Below, piece by piece: positions 1-11,052 of a DNA stretch of 64,000 nt. The position numbers and the translations under genes were made by a program. The stretch's first letter is position 1; the number at the start of each line of letters is the position of its first letter. Source of the DNA: Phoronis australis (lineage: Eukaryota; Animalia; Phoronida). Location of the stretch: the NCBI GenBank assembly GCA_002633005.1, contig NMRA01000750.1, forward strand, positions 1 through 64,000, written 5' to 3'. Below the pieces are notes generated by a model. The model ran no database searches, had not been told where the DNA came from, and saw nothing but the letters and a program-made list of their open reading frames with translations.

Positions 1-183
1 AATTTATTTCGCCAAGTAAAAACAAACATAGTGTCAGAGCAATATACTTGGCGAAATTTATTTCGCCACGTAAAAACGTTGTCCTCCCTAACTAAAGAAT
101 CGAAACCAAAAATAATGAATGGAAATTTCGTTATTTTATTTTGTGGGCCAATGTTTCACTATTAATCTACGGTATTGATATTT

Positions 184-698
184 ACTTACCTTCTCTCGTT
201 AGAAAAACGCCTTATCACTGGCAAGTCGAGAACGGACAGTTGACAAGTAGTGGACAATTTGACAAACGACACTCGCTACCGGAAGCATTTAAACAACTGT
301 ATTTCCGACTTCACGGACTTCTGTTAAACCTTAAGCGTGATTGGTCAACTTCACAGGTGTCGTTTCATTTACTTGTTGTTTTTAATTTAACAAAATAAGT
401 ATATCATTAATTATGTCATACTTTATGATCGTAAATGCATCCTGTAACATCAAAAGACTACATAGGGTGCTAGAAATTTACTACGAAAACGCATTTCTGT
501 GTTTTTGAAATTGGGACAAATGTTGACCTAGTTTTGCACCAATGACAGGTTCGTTCACATAGTCGCTTTTGTAATGTGAAAGACTGAAAACTTTGACATG
601 TGTTTGTGATTGTTTTCGCACTAATCTTTTACGACCCCCATCTCATTGAAACAGTTGTTTTTAGCGGACTGGGTGTCATCATTGTCTATTTGGTAAGT
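184..698. promoter_or_regulatory. Candidate bidirectional promoter / first-exon region
   Basis: Minus-strand consensus donor AAG|GTAAGT (forward acttacctt, 184-192) and plus-strand donor ttg|GTAAGT at 693 face away from each other. An ETS-like CCGGAAG (279-285) and an inverted CCAAT box (gattgg, 339-344) lie between them. Confidence 0.3.
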
Positions 699-2000
699 TA
701 TATTCATTTCAGATCTTGTACGTATGTTTACTAACGAAAAGCCAACCTCTGACCCGTGGACCTAGCCAGGAATCTCTTAGCCAGTCAGCCAGCTGTATGA
801 AGACTATCGTCGAAATACAACTAGGTACCACCGTGTGTATTTCTTCCGTAGACCCCGAAATTGCACACAGCGTAGTTCTGCTGTGAAACTTGTATCAACA
901 TGTAAAGCTAAAGACCGGACGAGGTACATGCAAACTCTGGGAATCAACCGACACTCACCTTGTGCGTCACAACTGTTTAAGTGAAAAACAATGCAATAAA
1001 CGTCATTTTCTTGCAAAACTCTCCGCCTTTTGTAACAATGAAAAGTATGGTAATTGTTTACAATATGACGACATTGACTTAAACATATAGTTTTGGTATC
1101 GTTCCATTCCTTGCAACGTTATCTTTCCAAAAATACTCAGAAATTTTTCCTACCCTGTTCCCTTAATATTTTATTGTGAAATTTCTGCTCGCACTATTTC
1201 CCGTTACACTGTAGTAACACCGCCATGTTGAATGGAAGGAGCCACCCGGCAGTCAAAAACTGAACTATTCTACCGACTTCGGCAGATCGACGCTTTTATT
1301 AAGGTCAAATTGACCAAGACCCGTACATCCCCTTCCCGAGTTATGTTCCCAAGGGTTCAAATTCGATCCTATGGTGACCTCGAGTATGCATCTAGCTCTG
1401 CTGGCAAGAATCTGCAAAAAAGTGGAGGTTGGTTTTGAGGTCCAAATTGGTACGTGAAAAGGGTATCACTTCAAACAATTTCATGGAAAAATGGTCAAAT
1501 GGTCACAATTATAAAAAAAATTACAAAAGGTGAAATGCTCCTCCACATTATTGCAGGACAACTTTAGCGGAAATCTCGCGTGGGCAAACCATTCAGAATA
1601 GAGGATGCTGCTTTATTCATTAACAACGGGTGTCGCTGTAATCTTGAGTTGAGCTAACATGGCAGCGTCAATGGAAAAATAGTGCGAACAGAAATTTGAC
1701 GATAAAATACGGAGAAAACGCGGTAGGGGGTACATTCAGATAAAAAAGATAACGTTGCGCCGAATCGAATGATACCAAAATCAAGTGTGTAGGTCAATGT
1801 CGTCATATTGTAAACAATTACCAAAAGTGTGTCGTCATTTTTAAAACAGTATGCTCGTGTCACGCGCACGCGCCATTTCCTAAATTTTTGCGACATCTCT
1901 CGGGAGATGATGATAGCTTGGGAGCAGCAAAATTTCTTCTGAAATTCGTTTTTTCAGTATGAAAATTTAAAAAAACTTATAATGAAGTGAAACTTGTTCT

Positions 2001-2540
2001 ATAATTTGTTGTGATGTGTACGCAACCTTGTGACAGAACAACAGTTGATTGAAGAATCGGCGAAAAAAAGAAACTGGCCAATAGGTGACGCAATATTTCA
2101 TGGCGCCAAAAGCCGTCGCTATAGATTGCTCTACAATTTTAGCTGCAGAATAACGGTAGAACGCCATTTTTCCAACACTGTTAAATAGTTTATTTTACTT
2201 AAGGAAGACTGCAAATTTTAATGATACTAATTTTGTGCCAGATTTTATCTTACCACTTTTTTACCAGCATGATAATTTGTTGTGACGTGAACACAACCTC
2301 GTGAAAGAACAACAATTGATAGCAGAATCGGCGAAAAAAAGGAAACTGGCCAATAGGTGACGCAATATTTCATGGCGCCAAAAGCCGTCGCTATAGATTG
2401 CTCTACAGCTTAAGCACCAGAATAACAGTGGAACGCCATTTTTTCCAACACCGTTAAATAATTTATTTTACTTAAGGAAGACAGCAGATTTTAATGACAC
2501 TAATTTTGTGCCAGATTTTATCTTACTACTTTTTTACCCA
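2001..2540 (+). repeat. Tandem duplication of a ~270-bp unit (2 copies), with a third partial diverged copy at ~3060-3200
   Basis: ataatttgttgtga...gaatcggcgaaaaaaa(g)gaaactggccaataggtgacgcaatatttcatggcgccaaaagccgtcgctatagattgctctac starts at 2001 and again at ~2272. The tail (cagaataa...agaacgc...aattttaatgacactaattt) recurs at ~3080-3190. Confidence 0.9.
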
Positions 2541-4990
2541 CATCGGTGCAAAGCTGTATATTTAGTATACAGCTTTGTACCAAGACTAGGAATCTCTTGT
2601 GTGTTAGCTCTGGATCTGATGATAATCTGTCAGATAGACCTAGACAGTGACCACCTTCTCTTGTTAGCCCCAGTAGAGACGGTGAAGCTCCTGTAGGCGT
2701 TTAATACTCCGTAAGCTTTCCCACGAATTATGCATCACACTGATTAAAACATCAAAGTCATGATGTTATTAGTACCTTTCCACATTGATGGCCTCTAAGG
2801 CTAACCAAAGCCTAAGGCCAAGTGTCCTATGGACAAAACTAAAAGGTACTTATAACCACAGGCATTCTCATCTTCTGACCATCTTCAATCCAATACACTA
2901 TATATAATTCAAGGTATGACACTCGGGGACTAGGAATTCCACTGGTGCTTCACTTCAGCCTTCCATATCAAACACATAACTTAATAAATTTACACAAGAC
3001 GGGTTCAACAAACCATGAGCAATTGTTCTTTCTTCTCATAGCATTTACGACGTACAAGGTCTCTCCACAGTTGTAGCTACAGAATAATGGTAGAACGCTG
3101 ATTTTTCTAACATCGGTAAATAATTTAGGAAGAGTGTAATTTTAATGACACTAATTTCGTATCAGATTTTATTTGACCAATTTTACCCACATTGGTGCAA
3201 TGCTACATATATTAATGTTTGTGAAAATATGTTGAGGTTTGCTCGAGCTTCTGTTGCAGGGTACCAATATGAGGAAGTAACATAAATAGGAAATCAAAGG
3301 GACATAAATTCCACTGGATATCTTCCCATGCTTCTTTTTGCAAGTGTCACACGCCATGTTACGCTCTTCACTTAGTCTTGTTGTTGCGTAGCTCACGTGA
3401 CGTTTTATTGAAATACCTTGTGGTTATCGTAAGCACTGAAAAAGTTTACGGCGACCAGAACAGTGGAGATAAAATTAGAGTTAGAATTCTTCTCCAAAGT
3501 CATATTAATTCCTGCAGATGTACTTCGTCGAGGATATGACAATTTTAAGCGTAAAATGTATTTCTGATGAGGTGAAACCCTTTGGTGAGCTGATTTGGCC
3601 TACTGCCTGCTAAAAATGCACTGTATGAGATTAACACAGAGACCGATAGGGGGTGTTGTAGCTCCTATCGAGTTAGCCGTGGGGCTACATGTTGCCTATG
3701 TTTGTACTTGATGATTAGGATAAGTGGAATGAAGTTCGAAGACCCTGGAAAAGTTCGCCTATTTTGCTTGTACCTAATTAGCGTGCTACTGGAGTAGTCT
3801 GTTTCTACTATTGTTGTTTTTAGTCGATGCAAGTGTGTTGGTGATGTTGTGAGTGGCTTGGCGAGTGTGAATGGAGGAAATGGGCTGCGACATGTTGCTG
3901 AGTGTTGCTGATTGAATTAAGAAAATCTGGAGGTACTAATGGTGTTTATTGTTGTCACCGTCAACAGGTGTATCTAGTGAACGTATTGCAGTTGGAGATA
4001 AAATATGTGACGCAAACTACTCTGAAATCAACATGCTTTGAGTTGTTCCAGAAGTGCATGGTAGGCGTCCATATGGGATAGCAGTTGTATTCCGTTCTCT
4101 AATATAGCATCCTGTCAAGCAACTGATAAGAGGGCTTGTGGATTGAGAATGAGATCCGACCAATCAATTGTCGCTTAGTCAGTGCCACTGTCTCAACTGG
4201 CCTCAGCAGAAACCGTAGTCAATAGTCATTCCATACACCGACAGCTTTTTGGCAAATTATGCCTTACACTGATTAACCCACCTAAGTCATAATGCTGTAG
4301 TTCATTTTTTAGCATAGGGGGACTCCTTAGATGACACTGATGTCTTAAACTGTTATTAGCTCGAACAAATACTTTTGCAGTCAAACTTTTTTGAACAGCC
4401 CTTCGTTCACGTACCTTAACCGGCAACTGGCCATTTTTACACCGCTCGCACCAGGGGATATGATGTCATATTAATTTAATTTACGAAATAACTATGGTTA
4501 TCGCTAAGATATATCTTTACTTCAAATCCCAGATTATTCAAAATGTAAACTTTATAATTGTCTATTTCTGCTGATGCTTCAAATTTTTATACTTTGGTTC
4601 TTAAAATGCAAGGTTTGGAACATGTGCAGCTCAGTAAACAAGATGGAGACCAGGTCTCCCCTTTTTTGTTTCAAGGCGGTTGTCAAAACTTCACATAATA
4701 ATTTTTAGGCAACACTCATTTTCATAGAACTCGGATACACTTTTATATGTCCCCATGTAAAATGTTAGTAATTTAATATTTCAGTTCTGTATTCAGCATC
4801 TGTCTTTCTGCACAATGGGATTTAAGAATCCCTTTACTTTGTTTCACGCACTTATCAAAACTCCATGTTGCTTTTGAGTGGTGATGTTGATTAGTTCTCA
4901 TTCTGTAGTGTAGCAACCTGGAACACTATACACTTTCCTGTTAACCACAGACTCTCCTGATATGTACAACCATTGCTGAATTACTAGCTC

Positions 4991-5265
4991 CTGAAATGAA
5001 CACTAGCACTTTTCTGAAATGAACACTAGCACTCTCCTGAAATGAACTCTAGCACTTTCCTGAAATGAACATTAACACTTTCCAGAAATGAACACTAGCA
5101 CTTTCCTGAAATGAACACTAGCACTCTCCTGAAATGAACTCTAGCAGTTTCCTGAAATGAACATTAACACTTTCCAGAAATGAACACTAGCACTTTCCAG
5201 AAATGAACACTAGCACTTTCCTGAAATGAACACTAGCACTTTCCTGAAATGAGTACTAGTATTTT
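4991..5265 (+). repeat. 23-bp minisatellite (ctgaaatgaacactagcactttc) x ~12
   Basis: Units start at 4991, 5014, 5037, 5060 and continue to ~5244. Confidence 0.97.
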
Positions 5266-6318
5266 CTAGTTGATCAATGCTATACCCGTGAGTCAAGTTC
5301 AGTTTATGTTTCATATTATCAAAAATCTTCAAATATTTCGAGGCCCTCAACAAGGAATTTCAGACGATTTTTGGTACAAGTTAGACAAGGTTTCTAGCTT
5401 TGATGATTAAGCAAATAACGTAATTCAAATTGTATTTAACTAAAAATGTTTTACTATGAGTTTTGAATAGGGCCGTTCCACATTATTACAGCGACACTTG
5501 AATCTTGCTGTATTTACCCACAATGCCGCAATATCCATCAAGCACTCTTACAACCTCATTTTTGTGCCATTGGAGTTCCACATGTACTTTGTTTTTCTTG
5601 TGTTCTTTAAGTTTTTTCTCAGCTGCATTATATTACTCTATTTGTCCTTCCAATGCCATTGAAGTATTATGGCTGTGCTGTGGGCTGCTATTCCAAGAGA
5701 AAGTTGATGTGCGATGTGTTGAGTTCTTCCTGACATCATTCAAAAACCAAAAAGTGTGGAGCGAGTGGATATAGCTGGTTTGTTGTGTTAATTTGAACCA
5801 CACAGAATCCTCTTTCTTGTTACCTTTTCAATTCGGGATTTTAAATGGTTGAAATTGGGAAAGTGTAATTTAATACAAAGTTGTTTACTATTTGTGTTTT
5901 AATACATCATGCCTGTATAAAGGAATTAAATTGCTGGATCTGAGTTTGGTAAAGGAGTTGATCAAAGTTCAATTAAGCTGAACTTTTTTGAATGTTATGT
6001 ACTGAAATGAACCATGATCTTTGATCCAACTGTAAAGAAAATTCCTAGGTCGTACATCCTTGCATTTTCTAAAAAAATGAGGGCACAAAGTTTTATCGGT
6101 GTTCTCTGAAAAGTGTGAGACATTGGCAATTAAATGCAAATGACTGCTTCGTTTTTGTGGAAAAAATTCAATACTTTATGAAAACTCTTATCTAATACCA
6201 ATTCCAAACAAATTAAAACGAATAATGTGGTAGAGTCAAGGATTCAGCAACCTTAATCCTGTGAGCATGTTATGGATTTGTAGGAGGTAAGTTAATTAAT
6301 CAATTTTACAATACAATG

Positions 6319-6479
6319 CAAGGGTAGATCCAGGATTTTGAGTGAGGGGGGCCAGGGCAGAGTATAAAGCCAGGATATTGCCCGTCAGACATTCACACCC
6401 GTGATCTACCAAATGGAATATGGCAGAATTTAAAGGGGGGGCATGACCCCCTTTGCCCCTTCCCATAAATCCGCCACTG
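6319..6479. mobile_element. Short GC-rich non-autonomous DNA transposon remnant (MITE-like)
   Basis: Left end caagggtagatccaggatttt and right end ataaatccgccactg (reverse complement cagtggcggattta) form imperfect inverted termini, with G-runs and C-runs inside. No clear TSD. Confidence 0.45.
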
Positions 6480-6919
6480 CAATGTAGTCTATTTCTCACT
6501 TCACATAATTTCCACTGTTTTTGGTGTTACTTTTAGCAAAAACGCGGATCCCTGGTTAGCATGGGCTTGTATATTGGGATGTTAATTACTTTTCCATTGG
6601 CATGCCTGTGTTTGCTCTCCATTTGACAATAGAAAGTGACATGAAGGGCTCTCATCTTGTTTCTGCATTCACTTTCACTCAACAAACACGAATGACTGAT
6701 ACAACAGCGAATGGGACAAAAGTGTTTGCTCAATGGAAATGAATCCAGATGCAACTGATTATGAATCGTTGCAGCTAGAAAACGCAAATTGGCCGTATAG
6801 AAATTAAACGCGTTCAGTGAAAATAACGGATTTGTGGATTAATTTTCTTCTAGGTTCCATCATAGTGTTGTAATCTTCTAAACCTCATAATTTTAAGGGA
6901 GTTGATGAATGACTTCAAG

Positions 6920-7145
6920 TGTACCCTCCAATGATAAATCTGGAACCCCGGTGGTCCGCTTAATTTTGTCGCGTTTATTTTGCCAGATTAAAACTATAAA
7001 ATAGTTTGTCTTGTAATTCAACCATGGCGTAGACGTAGACCTAGACGAGAATGTTTTCGGAAGATAGACCAGTATTGGCAGAGCAAATGATTTAATAACA
7101 GTTAGTTTGCCAAAGGTGTTAGAGACCTTTTGGACCACCAATTTG
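6920..7145 (-). mobile_element. Decayed L1/Tx1-clade LINE ORF2 fragment (region C-terminal to the RT domain)
   Basis: Minus strand reads WWSKRSLTP, then after a 1-nt frameshift FGKLTVIKSFALPILVYL...LIWQNKRDKIKRTT...GVPDL. This matches the typical L1/Tx1 motif string WxxRxLTxxGKITVIKSLALPKLxY...FIWxxKxDKIKR...GGLxxPD. Confidence 0.8.
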
Positions 7146-8469
7146 TAGAAGTCGTAACTAAAGTTGTTTTTTGTGATTTAATAGAAAGGAAGATTACAGC
7201 AGGAGAACATGACACGTAATTTACATCTTGTTTCAATTTTTGTCCAAGTAGAACACTGGGGTCACAACACATGTAGTTTTTGTCTAATTAGAAAACCTAC
7301 GTACAGTGCTTTGAACAAAATGCCAACCTTTCAGATTGTGTTCCAAATCTTATATTTATATCAGATATTAAACATGTATTCCTATGCAATTATTTATTAG
7401 TTATTATTTCTTGTAGTAATAAAAGTAGGTATGAAAAAATCTTATGGAATTCTTACTTAAGGTTTTACTGTACATAATGAAAAAAACTCCATTGCTTTAG
7501 TGCAGGGAAAAAAATTGTGATGCTCTGTCAGAGCTGTTACATCGATGCAGGTTCAGTATCCCTTTCATTGGTTGAAATTCAATAGCTTGGTGGCTTGGGT
7601 TTGATTGAAAACATAAATAGGTCACTTTCAGGCAAGGTCTTTAAGTTTCTCCATATTTGACAGTGAGCATGTGAGTATGTCGGGTTGCTGTGTTGAAAGC
7701 GAATCAAATAAGATAGCCAGAGTTATTGTAGGAATATAGCGTTGAAACTAGCAGACAGATATTACAAACTATAAAGCTGAAAGTGCAAAAATCAGATTTT
7801 ATAATTTGGCAAGTCTCCCAAGTCAAGCTGTTTCGCTTGCTGAGTGTGTTTAGGCAATAACTTAGATGTGGCCCAAGTTGACTGTGGGTAAAGTACCATT
7901 TAGACTATCGGGCACAAGTGCGGTTGTAAACACCATTGACATGGAGCAAGTTGACACCGTGGTGGCCATTTTTGACTCTGGTTTGAGAGGTAGATCAAGT
8001 TTGCACTCGATCAGTTTCTCCTATCTCGACGATGCATCTAAGCACTAACTGTGGCATGATGGAATGGATCATTTCTGTTGAAGTCTCATTCTTATGCAGT
8101 TTGTGGTCTAATGTCGTGTAACTGCAACTGAAGTGGAGCAATACGTGCCGCAACAACTCCACCATGACGATCGTTTCTCGTATAAAAACGGCTTAAGATG
8201 ATGGTGCCAACATCTGCTTGTGTCGATGGCAAGACATTAGCTTGCACTCATGGTGAAGAAGTCTTCACTTATAGAATGGGAACAGTAAATTTAAGACTCC
8301 AACGTTGGCGACCAATCACTTCAGTGGCTGCCATTTTGCTAGGATAGAACAGTAATCTCCTGAGCATACACTCTCGCAAGATCTTGCTTTTCACTCAAGA
8401 AACTATGTCTACGAATTGCTCTTCTGTTCACCTGTTCAGAGACGGTGGCGAGGTGGGAGAGTTTGTCAT

Positions 8470-9461
8470 CAAGCCTTTATCCAGGATTTCGAAAATAGGG
8501 TGTCCAAAATGGGGTTCCCAATATTGCAGGGTGTCCATGATTCCGATGCGTAACACCCCCACCCCCAGCATTCCCCCCAAACACATTTTTTCCAAAAAAT
8601 GCATAGACCAAGGTTTTTACATCTAAGTTTACAAAACAGCCTTCTGTAGTGAGCATTTTTACTAAAAAATGTAGACTAAGACTTTTACAATGCTATTAAC
8701 CAAGTGTGAGCATAGCAACATTGTATATACTTTGTATATAAATTGTATATTTGTTCCTGCTTTGAAAAAAGAGCCACCACTATGGGTCTTCATAAGGCCC
8801 TTTCATATTGACTTAACTCCGTCTGAGGGGAGCCTTGACATAAACAGCGCAGTTAACTGGACTGTTCATACTGGCTTCGGTAGTTAATGAACATCAAAGT
8901 AAACGGTTGTGTGCCGCTGTCGTCATCGAAGTTGTCGCAAGGTAGCATTGCATGCTAAGATTTATTTCAATGTTTCAATTTGGAAATATTTACATGTGCT
9001 AAGTGACATAAAACTTATTTTTAAATCGATTGGTTATTATTAGAGCAAAATATAAGCAGCTATTAGTGACGGCACTACCCTGTAACTGTTGACGGTAACA
9101 GTGGCACCTGGCGATAACTTCGATTGGACCGGAGTTACGCGTTCATACTGCACCGCAGCGTCGACGCTGCGGTCTTAAATCCACCTGTTAACTGGGACGT
9201 TAATTGGAGCTGTTAACTGCGATCCAGGACCGGAGTTAAGCGTTCATACTGACCGCAACTCCCCAAACCATCGACGCGTCGACGTTAGTATAATAGGCCC
9301 TATAGGTTTCCTAGTAATCATTACAATGTGTGTGTCCAGACTTGGAAGGTTCCTATTGATAGTGGGCCTCCAAATGATACATTGGGTGTCCTTGCCAGGA
9401 CTCCATATTAGTGCTAGAGCGTCCATTTGGACGCCCAGGACGTATGCTGCATAAACGCCTG
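8470..9461 (+). mobile_element. hAT-like non-autonomous element (family A) containing a nested MITE
   Basis: Termini caagcctttat... and ...ataaacgcctg; near-perfect 8-bp TSD tttgtcat (8462-8469) / attgtcat (9462-9469). 8470-8790 is the reverse complement of 55043-55366, and ~9305-9461 is the reverse complement of 51810-51960. Confidence 0.85.
8796..9300 (+). mobile_element. PIF/Harbinger-like MITE (family B) nested in the hAT-like element
   Basis: Termini ggccctttcata... and ...agtataataggccc, flanked by taa/tat. Internal gttcatactg repeats. Shares sequence (tgttcatactggctt, gtcatcgaagt, gttaagcgttcatactgaccg-aactcccca) with 59365-59679. Confidence 0.7.
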
Positions 9462-9640
9462 ATTGTCATGACTCAGTGTTATTTGAAGATGATGTCTTCC
9501 TCAGTGTCAATCAGTTGTGGGTGTCCAATTGAATACACGTGTTAAGTTGTCCTTTTTGCTCAGATCTGATTCGCTTTCAAATCAACATGATTTGTATATG
9601 ATAATTAGTGTTTTTAAAATCTTAAAATGTTGTATTGCAG

Positions 9641-9744
9641 ATCTTGGACCGATTCCAGCAGAGATTTCTGAAGAGGAGATTCGCTCATCAGAAAGAATGC
9701 TGTGAACAGGTTGTCTGTCCTCATTGTCTGTTCAGCGACGAGAG
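9641..9744 (+). other. Candidate non-coding 5' UTR exon of APC (104 nt)
   Basis: Acceptor tgtattgcAG ends at 9640; strong donor gag|GTAAGT at 9745; purine-rich ESE-like gaagaggag inside. Lies upstream of and on the same strand as the APC acceptor at 24028. No transcript evidence available. Confidence 0.45.
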
Positions 9745-9806
9745 GTAAGTTCTCTTGGTCTACTCTACCTGTTCATTGGCTGATGGGAGCAGGAACATAC
9801 AGCAAC

Positions 9807-9932
9807 CATGGGCGACGCACCATGAGGGGGGAGTATTTCAGTGCCGCACCGCCCATGGATGTGGGTGGCGCGCACCATAGCGATCTGGGGGCCTATAGCC
9901 CCCTCACTTATTTCAGTGCTGCGCTGCCCATG
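9807..9932. mobile_element. Tiny GC-rich palindromic element, apparently a dimer of ~60-bp units
   Basis: catgggcgacgcacc...tatttcagtgccgcaccgcccatg is followed by gtgggtggcgcgcacc...tatttcagtgctgcgctgcccatg. Outer termini catgggc / gcccatg. Confidence 0.55.
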
Positions 9933-10904
9933 GTAACAATTCTCACCAATTTAGGATATGATTTAGTGGACAAGTGAAATCTTATACTTTTGAATTTTTT
10001 TTCCGATTCATAGCATCAAATAAATGCCTTATGATTTATAGTTTTGTACCTTAGCTACCACCAGACAATGTTTTGAGAAATTGTGGTCTTTCACATAACT
10101 GTTAGAGGCCTGTGAAAATTATAAAAGATCAATTTTGGCAATCGTTTTGTCCAAAATAGGTAAGATATTACCATATGTAACTTTTTAAGTGGGGTGTTCT
10201 GTCAGAACACAGACAAATAATTGGGGATGTGGTAAACTGTGCCTTGTGAGACTATAGGCTGTGGTATCTGCACAGACTGTCGCAGTCCTCAAAATGTTAC
10301 AGTCTGTGTAGATCTTTGAACTTACACAGTGTCTCAGTATAATTAAGACCCAATTGGGTGCAGTGATGGCAAAGCTGAAGTGAATTTCGATTGAGGGAGA
10401 TTGTCTTTGGTATGCAATATTATGTTGTACCCTCCCCCTGTGGCTATGCAAGTGCTTGTCAGTGATATTATAAGATAGCTAGGTACTGCATTTATGAGTG
10501 CAACTTGAAAACAACGTTTTTGTCATTGTCGTCGCCGTCCTCATCATGGCAGGTTGTTTTCCAACTTACAATGATGTTTGTTTTGAAGTTCTGCCCAAAC
10601 TGTTGCAATTTGAGGGTTATGGCAGTGTGTGCAACTCTACAAGTCACAATTTGTTGCAGCAAAACATTACAGCAGTCGAAAGTCTGCATGAACAGTGGCT
10701 GTTTCAGGTTTGCCACTGGTTGTGCAGTTAGTGCAGCTTATGTTATAATCGTTTTTCAAGCCGAACTTCAACGGAATTTTGTTATTTTAGATGTATAGGG
10801 CTAACCGGATAGTCCTAGCAAAGCCTTAGAAAAATAAGAAAACGCAAGTTCAATCACGCTAATGCAAGTCCATCAAATGATAGGTGAAGCTGCCTTTTCG
10901 TGCC

Positions 10905-11052
10905 TTGTTGCGTCACCGCGAGATCGCAGCACAAACAGCAAAAGGCCGGTAACAGTTTTATTGAATAGGGGTCTGAATAGAATACCTATGCATGTGGGTG
11001 TTATTCGCTGCTGTTTGAATTAAAGGCTGATTCTCTCGGTGACGTAGACAAA
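10905..11052. repeat. Imperfect inverted repeat (degenerate MITE)
   Basis: ttgcgtcaccgcgagatcgcagc (~10908-10930) pairs with gctgattctctcggtgacgtag (~11026-11047); inner aaacagca pairs with tgctgttt. Confidence 0.5.

Noticed and set aside
4991-5265. Regular 23-bp repeats (also the 28-bp repeats at 50077-50244) as a CRISPR array
   Set aside because: The units are contiguous with no unique spacers, there are no cas genes, and the context is a eukaryotic intron or UTR region.
2749-8900. Scattered TCF/LEF-like ATCAAAG/CTTTGAT sites suggesting Wnt feedback on APC
   Set aside because: They are not clustered, and their frequency looks compatible with chance in AT-rich DNA.
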